A stretch of DNA of 64,000 bases, from NCBI GenBank assembly GCA_051942205.1, contig JAVECO010000090.1, forward strand, positions 1-64,000, given 5' to 3'. The notes under the pieces are model-generated. The model had not been told where the DNA came from and searched no databases. It worked only from the letters and a program-made list of their open reading frames with translations. Positions 11,668 through 24,031 of the stretch are shown here, piece after piece (position 1 is the stretch's first letter; the number at the start of each line of letters is the position of its first letter). The DNA comes from Coniocarpon cinnabarinum. Lineage: Eukaryota. The position numbers and the translations under genes are program-made.

Positions 11668-13466
11668 CTACAACTCATCATGATCCTCGACACCCTCGTC
11701 ACCCCCCGATCCGGCATCCATGACCTTCTGCGCCGCCTCTTTCACCTTCGAGGCAGCCGGGGCCTGATGTTGCATCGTCTCCGACGCACTCTTGCTCTCA
11801 ATCTTCTCCTCGTCCGTCTCCGCCTCCTCAATATTGTAATCCACGCTAAGACTCCCATTCTCCTTCACGAACTTGGCGAGGTCCTCCACCGTCCGCGCGC
11901 CCGAGTAGTCGATCGGCTTGTCCTTCGCGTCAGCGGGGTACAGTTTGATCGTGGGGAATCCGCCGATCTCCTCGGGGACGTCGTTGGCGGTTGCGTCAAC
12001 TTTGGCGATGGTGGCGCCCGTGTTGGCGAAGAGGCTGCCTAGCTCGTCGTATTTTGGAGCGAGGGCTTTGCAGTGGCCACACCATGGAGCGTAGAACTCG
12101 ACAAGGACGTCCTTCTTCGAATCCATGACGACGTCCTTCCAGTTGTGCGCCACTATCACCGTCACAGGGCCATCCTGGCTCTTCGGCACGGGCTCACTCT
12201 TCACACTCGGCTCCAACTTGCCGGCCACGAAATCGTCTACGAATTTGCCCACGTTCTTGGCGTTGATCTTGGTCTTCTGGTCGAGCGGGTATTTCTCGTT
12301 CTTGACGGTTTCTTGGATGGCGAACGCGGGCCACTTGCCGACTTCGAGGTTGAGGTTCTGCGCGTGCTGGCCGAAGGCACCGGCGTCGATGGTGGCGAGG
12401 TTGATGGCGCCTTTGTGTTTTTGGGCGATGGGTTTCATTTCCGCGGAGAGCTTTTCTTTTTCTTCCGGGGACTCGACGAAGATGTAGCCGAGTGGGATTT
12501 GAGCCTGTCTGAGTTAGCCAAAAGTTGCTTGTGAAGAGACGCCGGTTCCAGCTTGGGTGCAACGTAGAGGAGTGACTTACAGCCATGTACTCAGCGTAGG
12601 TCTCAGGGCCGACTTCACCAACGAGAGGCGTCGCGCCGCTCTTCAAGAAAGCGCGAATGTTCTCCTCGGTGAATTTCTGGCCTTCGTAGACATCTTTGCC
12701 CTCGTCGAATGTCTTGTACAATACAATACTGGGAGCCTTGACGCCTTCCTCTTTGGCGAGTTCAGCGTCGGACGTGGCGCCGAAGAGGCAGAAATCACGC
12801 AGGGATTCGGCGACGGAGGTGAAGGTTTCATTGGAGGCTTTGTCTTTGGAGTCGACGTAGGCGATCAGGACGACCTTGTCGGCTGTCTTGAAGTCTTCGA
12901 TGGTGTCTTTGGTGATTGTGGAGACGGGTGGGAGCGACTGTTTGGTCATGTAGGATACGATGCTGGGAAGCAGTGTTAGCATACGAAGCAATGGCATCCA
13001 CTAGAGCCTGAAAATACAGCGCCACAGGACGAGGAGATAAGATAGGGACATACGCTGGGGCTTTCCTTTGACCAGCATACGGTGTGATACTGTCGGGCCC
13101 TCTGAAGACTTTGAGGGTGGGGTATCCCTCCACACCATACGTTTGGCACAGGTCGGCCTCTTCTGTGCAGTCAACTATACAGATAGCATGTAAGCACGAA
13201 TGGAAGCTTCGACTTTGGGATCAAGACTGCACCATACCCTTGGCCAGTTGAATGTTCTTCTCCTTCAGCGTCGTCGCGGCCTCCTCGTATTCGGGTGCAA
13301 GCGCCTTGCAGTGCCCGCACCACGGCGCAAAGAATTCAGCCAGGACGAGGTCATGTTCCTTGACGAAGGGTTCGAAGGTGTCTGCTTGCAGCTGAGTGAC
13401 GTCGCTGGCTGCCCACGCAGTGGTAGCAGCAACTGTCGCGAGGGTGAGAGCACGTAGGGAAGGCAT
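11668..13466 (-). CDS. PDI1: Protein disulfide isomerase; multi-exon
   Basis: Signal peptide, two APWCGHCK thioredoxin active sites and C-terminal HDEL ER-retention signal. Confidence 0.97.
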
Positions 13467-13653
13467 GGTGAAAATGCCTGTGGCCCTCGACGAAGGTGGA
13501 TGTGTGCGAGACGACTAGGTGGAACTCTTGTGTGAAGGTATGCTCAGAAAGACCTCATTGGAGTCGGCCCCAGGTCAATTGCCCAGCAAGTCAACGGAGA
13601 ACCAGAGGTTAAAAATGGTCTGAGCTCTGGGTGCGCCGCCGTTGGAACGAAAA

Positions 13654-13665
13654 GGACAGCGTGTC
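13654..13665. promoter_or_regulatory. Unfolded-protein response element (UPRE-1, Hac1/HacA site) upstream of PDI1
   Basis: GGACAGCGTGTC ~190 bp upstream of the PDI1 ATG; matches the core of the yeast KAR2 UPRE (CAGCGTG); PDI is a classic UPR target. Confidence 0.65.
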
Positions 13666-14368
13666 AAGTTGGAGCAAGGCTGGTGAAGCTGATAAATGCA
13701 GATTACTTGATCCGGCTAGATGCGTCGATACGCAGGTGAAGCGGGCCGAACACGCACAATGAGGCACTGACCACCACTCACGCTGCTCGGCGGCCAAGAC
13801 GACGTCTCATCCTTGTCGCCACTGACGCCAGTAACCTGGGCCAGCATCCGAGATCGCATCTGCCATGCACAACGTCGCATCGGACGAACGCTTATCCACA
13901 ATCCAACATGCAAGCCTCACAAATGACTTGCAGCTGCGACATGGGTAGCCAACCGCGTTCCGAAGGCGTTGGTCATTGGTGGTCGCTGCAGGTCCATCGA
14001 GACCACGTCTGGTGCAAGACGTTGATGATACGTGGTCACAAGAAAGACTTGAGAATGATGCGGAGTGTTGCGAGAACGAAAAGAAGACTTCGTTCACGAG
14101 CTATGGAAATTAATACATGCACAGAAGCGAGCGACCCCCCCAAGTCATCCTCACGAAAGAAATGTCCTTGCTATCGATTACATTGGTGGCGCTGCAGCCA
14201 TGTGCATGATTATGTGTTCACATTAATGATCGTGTCTTGCGACTCCCTAGATCTTCTAGGAGCGGCATATGCATCGTGATTCTTTTGAAAACGACCGTGA
14301 AAATTCATGTTGATCCACCCATTGGCGCGAGAGGTGTCGAGCGCTCACTCCACGCAAACCCGTCAGGT

Positions 14369-15342
14369 CTAGTAGCTTGTCGGGTAGCCGGTGGGGTAGC
14401 CCTTTTCAGTCTCGCAGACGGAGGTAGTGTAAGGCTTGTAGGTGGTCTTGTAGGTGGTCACCGGCACGTAGACGGTGCTGGTCTCCTTCTTGGTGGACGT
14501 CACCGGGACAGTGACGGTGGACTTGACGGGCACATAGGTTTCGGTCTTGGTCGTGTATGGCACCTCTGTGACGGATTCTTTTGTTGTGGTGTAGACAGAA
14601 GTGATGGTCTCCGGAACCGTGACGGGCGAGGTGTACTCAGACTTGACAGTGGAGTACGAGGTAACGTCCTTGGTGACGTCGGTGGTGACTGTGATAGATT
14701 AGCATTGAGAGTTGTGAGACGGTTTGAATATGAAGAATCCCAACTCACCGGTCTTAACGATCGTGGTGGTGTACTCAGAAGGCTTGACCTCCTTGGTGGT
14801 ATACGGGATGGTCAAGGTCTTCTCTGTCTTGGTCTCAGACACCTTGTAGGTCGTGACTGGCGCCTTGTAGGTGCTGGTGATCTCTACGGTCTTAGGCTTG
14901 TTGGTGGTTATGTCGATTTCTTTGGTGCTGGTACCCGTGGAGACCGAGACAGTGTTGGTGGTGTAGGGCTTCTCGATGACAGTCGTCGACTCGGTCTTGG
15001 TGGTGTAGGGCACGGTCTCGGGCTTGCTGATGACAGAAGTCTTGCAGCTTGTGGTCTCCTTCTCGGTAGTCTTCGTCTCAGTCGTCTTCTTCTCGGTGGT
15101 CGTGGGGTAGACAGGAGGCTTGGACTTTTCCGTCGTGGTGGGGTAGACGGGAGGCTTGGGCTTCTCAGTCGTGGTGGGGTAGGATGGAGGACCGTATCCA
15201 TCAGCTGCAGCATCGTCACGGGCCTCGACCTGGGGGTGAGCCGCAACCAGAGCACTGCACATTGGTCAATAACGATCACTCATTGCACGTGAATTGAAAG
15301 CACTCACGCGCCGGCCAAGGCAAGGAGGATTGAGAAACGCAT
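14369..15342 (-). CDS. Secreted Thr/Lys/Val/Tyr-rich repetitive protein, 286 aa; exons 15342-15308, 15254-14749, 14688-14369
   Basis: Signal peptide MRFSILLALAGAALVAA; repeats (YPTTTEK)x3, KPPVY x2 and recurrent PYTT; exon lengths sum to 861 nt; strong C/G third-position bias; no hydrophobic GPI tail. Confidence 0.88.
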
Positions 15343-15494
15343 GATGAAGGTCTTGAAATGTGGGAATGATCAAGCGAAAGACGAGAAAGGTTCAAAACTC
15401 AGAGTTGGCTCAGCGAATGCTTGCAATCTGCTCTTGTGGTTGTCGGTGCAGAAAAAAAGAAAAAAGGATGATGACCTGGGACAAGAAGGCTCTT

Positions 15495-15500
15495 TTTATA
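15495..15500 (-). promoter_or_regulatory. TATA box of the secreted repeat-protein gene
   Basis: TATAAA(AA) on the minus strand ~155 bp upstream of ATG 15342, followed by a pyrimidine-rich tract. Confidence 0.5.
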
Positions 15501-16486
15501 ATATTTTGCCACACGCTCGCCCTCGCTTAAACAGACCTTGCATTGCAGCTTGCATATTCACTCGATGGCACTGCAGCTCGCCAGTTCACCTTACGAAGTA
15601 TTGGAGTGCAACAGGAAATAGCTCATAGCCAATCCGATGGCCGCATTCGACTTGCGCTATTCGTGCCAGACGATCACCGTGAGCGCGGAACCTGGCCCGA
15701 TGACATGCAGCTACCGTGAAGAGCACAGACACCACCAGGCATCAGAAGTCTGATGCATTCGCCTGCATTCTGCTTGACGACAGGATTTCCTCCATTCCAA
15801 ATCCCGAAGTCGTATCCACGACGTGGCCTGCGAGCATCCACTACGCCCAGTGGCAGCGTGCAGGCCATGTATTGGATTTTGTTACTGTCTGCAGGCTCTT
15901 ATACAATATCCCATGTACTGGTTGGATGGTGAAGGCTCTGGCCTTCCCCAGATTCGACCACGTGCAAGGAAATACGCCTCTTTGGGGGTTGAGATACGTA
16001 CCACAAGAGCTCCCTTTGGCAGAGCTGCAGACGAATTGAGCAACCAGTGCCGAAGCGGTAAAGCTCCCAGCTTCCCACCACTCGCCAGCATGGGTTTTGT
16101 TGGACTGCGTGGCGATGTCGTTGGAAGCAATGCGTCTCGCGCGCGTCGCTGGATGCATCGATGGTGCTGAGTAGCTGCAGTCAGCGCAACCTTCTGCCTT
16201 GTCTCGGTCACATCCAGGCTGTCTCTTCCAGGTGGGCTGGTGGACGACCCACATCGCAGGCGGGCTTCTCCAGAGTCTGAGGAAGCATGAGCCACGCACA
16301 TCCTTGTACAGAGCATCTGAATCGTGGGAAGCGGGAGCGAAGCGCCACGAGATGGGGGATGGCGCGAGTGGTGGAGGTGACGTCTTGGCCCGGAACGCTA
16401 AGGCCTGAATCGACAGGAGCTTGGAAGAGTCATGGTGGCCCGACGGGGCAGCGCACAGCGACGGACGCCGGTGAGAGGTCCGCCTG

Positions 16487-16521
16487 GTGAGTGCGTGGGT
16501 GAGTGAGTGAGCGAGTGAGCG
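16487..16521. repeat. Imperfect (GTGA/GCGA)n microsatellite
   Basis: gtgagtgcgtgggtgagtgagtgagcgagtgagcg. Confidence 0.6.
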
Positions 16522-17088
16522 AATGCGGCGCGGATCCCAGAGCCTCACAGGCACCGGCACCGGCGGGCCAGTGAGTGCTTGCGAGGCTGCTGCGTGCAAG
16601 AGGAGCGGTGGTCAAGACGTCATGGCAGTGGAGGCCACGAGTGCACGCGTTCGGCCACTCGTCCAGTCGTCCAGCAGGCGAGTGTCAGCGGCAAATGCCC
16701 GGCGACCTGGCACGGCCGCTTCGAGCAACGTTGCTGCAGGCACTGACGTTGAGCGCGATCGACTGGTGCCCGTTCGGGAGAAATACCTCGCCCCGTCGCC
16801 CAATGCAGACATCCTGGAGGGACCCCCCCTTGCTGATCTCAACCCCACGGGGACTCCCACTACACCTTCTGCCCGCATTCGCTCTCTCGCTCTCTCCACA
16901 CTTCTTCTGCTTCCTGCATCCTCGCCCGCTCCTCTCTATTGGGCATCCCGGACGCGGCAATCCTCTTCGATCTGCCGACCGGCCATTGGCACGCAGGGCA
17001 CGTCCCTGCCTGGGTCCGATACTTGCTCCGCATCGATGCCACGCCCGCAAAGCTGAAAACTTGTCAGCCAAGACGCTGCATCGTCATG

Positions 17089-17111
17089 TACATACATACA
17101 TACATACATAC
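17089..17111. repeat. (TACA)n microsatellite
   Basis: tacatacatacatacatacatac, 5+ copies. Confidence 0.85.
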
Positions 17112-18550
17112 TTACACCTGCTGGCCCGTCCGGTCGTCCATGCTCACGACGCCGCCCCTCTCACTGGGCGTCTCAGGATGCAGGCCGTGTCAGGTACCTA
17201 CAGCAGCTCCACATCTAGACCGTAGCCGAGGTGGATAGGCGCAGAGACTCCAATTGCATTTGCATGCAAGGCGTCAATTTGCCAGGGTTCGTCGTCAAAA
17301 TGACAAGGCTAATTTAGCGGTGAGCGCATGGCGTGCTTGCATCCATTCGAGAAAATGCCAGCTAATTGTGGTTCAGCCGTCTCCCATGCGCTACAACATC
17401 ACTAGGCCAGCCATCCGTCAGTGGTCCGATCTGTCACGCCTTCCCACCAGCACTGCGTGTTAAGCATATTGGTCTGCATAGACACAACAGGGACTGGCCA
17501 GCCATGGAGTGAGCCCCTCGAGTCCAGAAGACAGATACGTACACCACTGTTTTCTTGGGGGCGGAGTATTGCCACCGCTAGATGGGTGCTAGCCTGCAAT
17601 GTCTTACACGGCGCCCTCAGCTTAGCCGCATGCAAAAGTCGAGGTCATGTCGATCTGTAGCCGATACGGTTCAGTCGAATCACGGGTGCGAGGCTTCGTG
17701 GACGCCGCAGCCTTACAAGAGGCAGCAGGGCGAAGAGGATCAAGGCAGCGCGTGGAAGCATCCGGCAGGGCTACGTGGTCTGCGAAGACGTTCCAAGCTC
17801 CTGGAGTGTCTTGGGAGGGTGGAATCGTCTTTGCTCCACAGGGCTCGTATTGGCATACCGTACTTAGTTGACGATCAACCCTGGCAAGCTTCGTTCTACT
17901 GGACGAGATCTAGAGTTAATACTTTTCTCGGACAAGCTTAGCTTTAAACCCAGTTTAATATTAGCAATCCATCGCCATCTCATGCAAGCGAAGCGACATC
18001 CGTACGTACCTCACATACGCGCGATTCAATAGCTGCATTTTCCTGGCAGACGCTTAGCTTTCCTGGAAACATCGCTGCCAAACAAGGTGTGGAGACATTT
18101 CGCTACCCTCAAATCATTGCTGCAATCCATAATCACAAAGACCAGAGTCAGGCCAGGGCCCCTGCATTGCCCCGGGCCTGTTCTTCTGCGTGACCTTCAT
18201 TACTTGCTCGTTTGCCGCAGCTTTAGGCGAGCAATGCGTCCCAACTCCAGCATGCAACCAACAGCCAAGCGATGTAGGCGCATTGCCTACTGACATGGGT
18301 GTGTTGTAACGAGCGTTGGAAGACCGCAACTTACCTTGCCGCATTTGAACTAATAAAACCGCGCGCATCTCAACCTAATTGATCGCAGCTTTGTTCCGTT
18401 TTCGGGTATTCGGTATTTAGACGTGGCGACGAGGACGACTGCCGTTGACAAGGGCTTTTACGATCTCACTGCAGTATCTCCGTGGCAAGAGCGGACAACA
18501 ACATGGGTTCGGATGGCTCGTGTAAAAGCATCTGCCATTGATGTGGAGAG

Positions 18551-19537
18551 TCAGCTTCGTCCTCCAGCTTTCCAGACGTCTCGAATAGCATTGAAATATT
18601 TTTCGGAATCTTCCGTGACGTGTGCACAATGCTAGTTTGTTAGTATCTGTGGTCTTCATCTAGCCGGGCCTTCCAGGACGTGACTTACGGCACTGTTTCT
18701 GAATAGCACTCGCTGAGCAGTGTAGCCCCGGGCCTCAGCTTCCGCGGCATGTCGGTTGACGGTTTCAGGGATGGTCAGCCTGTCCGCCTCTGAAAACAAA
18801 TAGACTCTCGGACAGGACGGCGCAATGAAACCCTTAGAGTTTAGGGCTTTGCTGTTGACAGTGAACTGGCTGCGGCTGCCAAGGACATGCAGAATGACGA
18901 GTAAGCTCAAAAAAAGGTGAACGCCCATCGAACCAAGCCAGCGCATGATGCCCGATGTCGGCAGATTCTGAGTGAAGCCTCGATATGCACGGCTTGTTAC
19001 ATTGAGCGTCAACGGCTCATCATGCGCCATGAAGATAATCTAGACTCACCCATAACAAGGTATGTTGGGACAGCTGTCCAGCACAAGTGCACGTATGGGA
19101 AGTGGCCCCACGCCCAGCGTCCGTTGGAGAAGTATGGCTAAGTTGATAGACGTGTTGCAGCCTCCATCGGACATTGCAATCCAAAGGATTGGTGAAGCGG
19201 TTGAACGTCTATCACGTAAGTCACAGCCTTCCAATGCATGCTGAATGACATCAACAGCGGGGCCTAGACTTCTCCGCTGAAGCCATCGAGGCCTCCATAC
19301 GAAGTCTGCTTTGCCAGCTTCGATCAGAAGAACATCAGCGCTTGAAAAGTATTTGCGGTAGCCGTCTGTGTACTTGAGGATATGTTTCCGTGCCGCCCAT
19401 CCCCAACTCGTAAGTACAATTAATTTAGGCTCATCAGAGCCATTTTTGGACTGCAGCTTTGGTGATCGAAAGACGGTAGTGTTGTAAGTAAGCTGCTGAA
19501 AGGCTGGTGTGTGGCCCTCTCTCGGAGACGATGGCAT
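18551..19537 (-). CDS. DUF829/TMEM53 (PaxU-like) alpha/beta-fold protein; 3 exons
   Basis: Family motifs PKLIVLTSWGWAARKHILKYTDGY, SDGG, LVLDSCP, PRVYLFSEADRL, FRNSA|HCAHV..DSEKYFNAI; GT-AG introns join in frame. Confidence 0.85.
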
Positions 19538-19896
19538 ATCTGTACGAGGCTATGACTGCATCAAGATAGAAAAATTTACAAGAAAAGTGCATTTCCTTAG
19601 TTCAAGAATCCCGCCATTGCTATGGGTTGCTCACACACAAGACAGCGTAGAGGCGGCGGGGACTTGAAGCGGAAGGATCCGAGCGATATAGCAAGACGTG
19701 CGAGGCTACACAGTAAAGACAGGCCACATCCTGAAACTTAGGTTGTCGAGATACGGAGTAGAGCGGCTGGCGGGCGGGCCGTTTGTCGCATTACCGAAAC
19801 TTCCACGTGACCTTATACCGGCTCAGGGTGTGGCTGTGGCGCTTGGGGCGAAATTTGCGTATTTCACCACTGAGGTACTGACGAGACTACCTATCG

Positions 19897-19902
19897 CCTC
19901 GG
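19897..19902. promoter_or_regulatory. Possible FarA/FarB (Ctf1) fatty-acid response site CCTCGG
   Basis: CCTCGG 200 bp upstream of a PTS1-bearing acyl-CoA thioesterase. A 6-mer, so it also occurs by chance. Confidence 0.3.
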
Positions 19903-20101
19903 CTCCCGGATGCCGCTTATCTCAGAAAACTTTCCGGCTTCCTACAGCAGATCAGTATTTTGTACCTGCTGCACCGATCCTTGCGATTTTGCAATGTAGA
20001 ACTTCTAGCTATACTCTTCCACCCAAACTTCCCCCAGCTTTTCTTCTCTGCGTTTACACCACCCAGGTCCTTCGTAGCATGCCCCTTCCTTTCAAACTAC
20101 A

Positions 20102-21241
20102 ATGGCACAAACTATAATCGCGCAGACAGCGCTCGAAGAACTAGGTAACGGACGCTATCAGTCCATCCACCCGGCCGAAAAGATGGGGAAATATGCGCGC
20201 ATTGCTTACGGAGGATGTACGATTGGTGTTGCCCTCCGTGCTGCTTTCAGGGGTGTTCCACAACATCTGTACATGTATTCAGCGCAAGGGAATTTCTTGG
20301 GACCCGCACAAGCGGGCAGGAAATACGTGATACACGTCAAGAATATTCGACAGACTCGATCGTTCTCCACGCAGTTCGTCGAGGTCTTCCAGAAACAAGA
20401 CAAGGAGGAGCTTCGGCACTGTATGATTCTGGTCGCAGACTTCCAGGCTCAAGAAAAGCAGTCCGTACTCGAATATTCGAGCAGTCCAGTGTTGAGCTAC
20501 AGTTCGCTGCAAGACTCGAAGACGACTGAAAAGTTGCGAGAGCAGCTGCTCAAAAGCGGTCACCTCAACTCTGGTGAGGCTGAAAGGCATAAGCAAGGTA
20601 GGTGGTTCTTAGTGTCGGGACTGTCGTTGAGGATGTGCGGAACTGTAGTCATGCGAAAGCTGACAAGAATGCTCAGCTTTCACTCTCGTAAGCCGCTTCT
20701 GGGACGTTAGGCAGTGTCCGGAAGGTATAGGATCTCAAAATGCTTACGGCGTTGCAAAGAGAGCGCCAACAACACAGGACGACAGGTCTCTAGTGGACAA
20801 GACCACGGCGGAATGGTTCAGGAGCCCTTGCATGCTCACTAGTCAAGAAGAGCACATATCCGCTCTCGGCCTGATCCTTGATGCGGGTTCGTCCAACTGG
20901 CGTCGCCATACCCTGATTTTACAAGGTGCACATGCTCATCATGGCTTCAGGAATGGCATTTATGCCGCTCATGCATAATAAGATGTACCTCGATGAGTAT
21001 GTCAGGGGAGATGCTTGCGCGATTGAGCTGACTTTTCCGCAGCGTCGGCGTTTGCTCAACGCTCGACTTCTCGTTGAGGCTGCTTACCAATGGTGTCAAT
21101 CTGAATAAATGGCTGCTGCGAGAGCTCAGAGCGATCGCAGGGGGTAGCGGTAGAACGTATTCAGAACAAAGGGTTTGGGACGAAGATGGCCACATGGTCT
21201 GCGCCCTGACCGAACAGAACATTCTGCGTTCTAAGCTGTGA
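20102..21241 (+). CDS. Acyl-CoA thioesterase II (TesB/ACOT8-like, double hot-dog), peroxisomal; multi-exon
   Basis: AYGGC, YSAQGNFLGPA, IRQTRSFSTQFVEV, TLDFSLR, WLLRELRAIAGGSGRTYSEQRVWDEDGHMV; ends ILRSKL-stop (PTS1). Confidence 0.9.
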
Positions 21242-21651
21242 GGGATGGAATGTCTTCATACTGGAACACTCTGAGTGCACTCCCGACGCCTGCTGTCTGG
21301 TGCTTTCAAGGGTGGCCAGCGTCATTAGCTCCATTGGGCGGTCAAAGTCAGCGCGCCCCCATCGTCAGTTGAACTCAAAAGGCGGCCGGACTCTGTTGGG
21401 CGTTGGGCAGAGTGACACGAGTGATGAGGACAAACATAGGCCTCGGCAGCGGGTCGGTAGCAAGAAGTTCGGCCGGCCAGTTGACTCAATCTTCGGCGTT
21501 CGGATCCTTGGCAGAACCGTCTTGCCGTCGTAATCGAGACGCCTGCAGTACACTCCACGGATTTCATCTATCCCGCATCAACCTGTTACCTACTTCGGCG
21601 CAGGAAGGCGCTTCAGCTCGACATCGTACTTGCGCCCGATCCTCCAACCAA

Positions 21652-23063
21652 ATGTCTGAAAGTGCGGAGGAAGATAAAATACGCGTTGAAGTATGTGCAG
21701 CTTCGGTCACGTGACCTAATGTCCAACAGCTTTGTTATGCATGGATTAACAGGGCCCCTCCAGAGACGCCGCCTGCGCATGCGACTAGCGCAAAGGAAGC
21801 ACCGTGCCAAGCAGGAAGAAAAGGTTCAGACCCTAGACGGCGAGATTCAGACTCTGCAGAAGCAGGTACAGGATATCGAGACCCACTTTAGCGAGCTTGA
21901 AGCCAAGCTCCTTTCGACGACGTCCATCGATCTCCGCGCCAGGGAACAAATTCAGTGGGCAGTATCAGATTTTCGTCGCCTGTCAAGATTGAAGCCTTCG
22001 CCGTACCAGGATCTACCACTTCTTCCTCACGATGATAGCCCATGCCGTCCAGCAACACCTATATCCCTACCTAGTGGTCGAGTGTCCCCTCAGCCACTTG
22101 CTGCTTTCTCACTGCAGCTATTTCACTTTTGCGCAAAGCTTGCCGTACGCATACTCTCTCGGCGAGATACCACGTCTCTCCGATTAGCAAGGAAAATTTT
22201 CCAATACAGGCTCACCATGCAAGCACATCATGGCGAAGAGGAAGTGCTTAATCATTTGCGTGATTGCTTAGGGACGTGGGCCAGCATACTCGACAGCGGC
22301 CACGAAAAGGGCGTTCGCTTTGCGCGTAAGTCTTTGTCACGAGACCGATGGCCTGGTATGTCCTTTTTGCAATTTCTACTCGTGATATCCATCTCACCGG
22401 CAGCTGTGGCCAGCCGATCTTCCCTGGTTGCTTATTTAATGAGTTGCTTCTATGTGGATTTAGGTAACCATTAAATTAAGTGCTGACTGATGCTGAGGCT
22501 TTTCTCACTTCCTTGACGTTTCGGCGGTCGAGACCTATTTGAAAGAGCGGGGTGTCGTCTTTCTTGAAGACGCTGTACAAGTCAAAGCAAATAATCAATG
22601 CGAAAGTCTCGGCGAGTCTCCAAACGAGAATAACAGTTTCTCAGTTGAGTGCGATACAACTGGTCATTGGAATTCCTCGGTGCCTTCGCTTCCTTTCGGA
22701 CTCCTTGATATGGACCTCTACGGTAGTCAAAGCTCAATGGAACATGTCTTGTCCTTTCCACTGGATCAAATCGTAAGCATGCTCAAATGCAAAATTGCAC
22801 ATCTGCTGTCTAACAAATTACCGTAGTCAAATGATGATTTCTTTTTCAACGCGGACCCGCGTGTGCCTTTGGAGCCACAGCCATCTGAGCCTTTGCCCAG
22901 AGAGAGCTGCGTTCAAATCAGCATGGACAATTTCGTGGAAAGACTGGCGTACCACGCGGTATGCTTAGGTGGGCCCGGCCCAGGCTTTTTGCCTGGAGAC
23001 ATTGACATGATGCTAGACAAATTGGTTGTTCCACCATCTAACATGCTCGTTCATGCAGCTTGA
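21652..23063 (+). CDS. Fungal bZIP transcription factor; ~4 exons
   Basis: MSESAEEDKIRVE|RRRLRMRLAQRKHRAKQEEKVQTLDGEIQTLQ (basic region plus heptad zipper); later FLDVSAVETYLKERG and FVERLAYHAVCLGGPGPGF blocks typical of a fungal bZIP subfamily. Confidence 0.78.
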
Positions 23064-24031
23064 AAGGTATCTTGGGCGCATTCACCTGCCCCTAGAGGTA
23101 CTTTATTAATCGCATCTTAACGACGTATGACCACGTCAGCAGCTTTCTCCTAAGAGCACACCACTCAGAGCATTCTGTGACTCTTTGTGATAACTGATTT
23201 AATGCCTACTCGAACCAATACGGCGCTCATTTTGCTTTCCGGATACCCACGCATAAACCATATTAGAAAGCAGAATAATTTGCGAGACACACTAAGCACT
23301 AAGCGATGTCAATACGGTATTCGACCACCTGGCGGATCAAGACGCTCAAGCAACGCCCCTGACAGAAGCAACCACCTGTGGCTAGCTCCTCAAAGGAACC
23401 TATTTTCAGGTCCAGCAAACGTTCATCGTTACATCTCCGTCTCAACACATTCTGCATCGACTTTCTTGGGTCTCTAGCCCAGGTTCAAAGCCTGAGAAAA
23501 CAAGATGAGAACTAGGCGATCAGCATGGCTTTCCTCATCCCGAGGATTGGCAGAATGACTGCGAAGGTTTAAAAGAATGACTCAACAATTTGGACATATT
23601 GTCTTGAGCTTGTGTCTGCGTTGAACAAGATAGTAGCGTTCTGTTATTTCCTTGGATGAGCCTACGTCGTCCTCGACTCTTTGCAAAAGGGACAGATCTG
23701 ATGCATGCTATGAGTAGTCAGCACCACGGCCAAGAGTCTGCTTCCCAGTACGTAGTTCCAGTTAGCCACAATGAATGACACTCTTGTATGAGTATGTTCT
23801 CCTCAAGAATAGGATGACAAGCCAGGGGCAATCTGAAATCTGAGTATGGCAAAGCATTTAGCCCGGCAAGAGCAAACGACGTCATACCTCCATACAGGGG
23901 ACGGACCGGCTCACCGGCCCGTGCCGCGCTACGCTAACCTAGCTCAACTTTGACACAATTCTTGGCGAGATTCCTCACCCTGCTGAACGTCTACTGCTCA
24001 ACTCAGGACTTGTTACAAGTCACAAGCGAGG

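Noticed and set aside
11680..12979. Several + strand ORFs over PDI1
   Set aside because: Antisense ORFs arising from strong codon bias in a highly expressed gene.
14237..15292. 351-aa Gly/Arg/Leu-rich ORF on + strand
   Set aside because: Antisense shadow of the codon-biased Thr-rich secreted gene; no ATG start and no recognisable domain.
15841..17225. Overlapping 130-250 aa ORFs on both strands
   Set aside because: GC-rich, run through microsatellites, no motifs or consistent codon bias.
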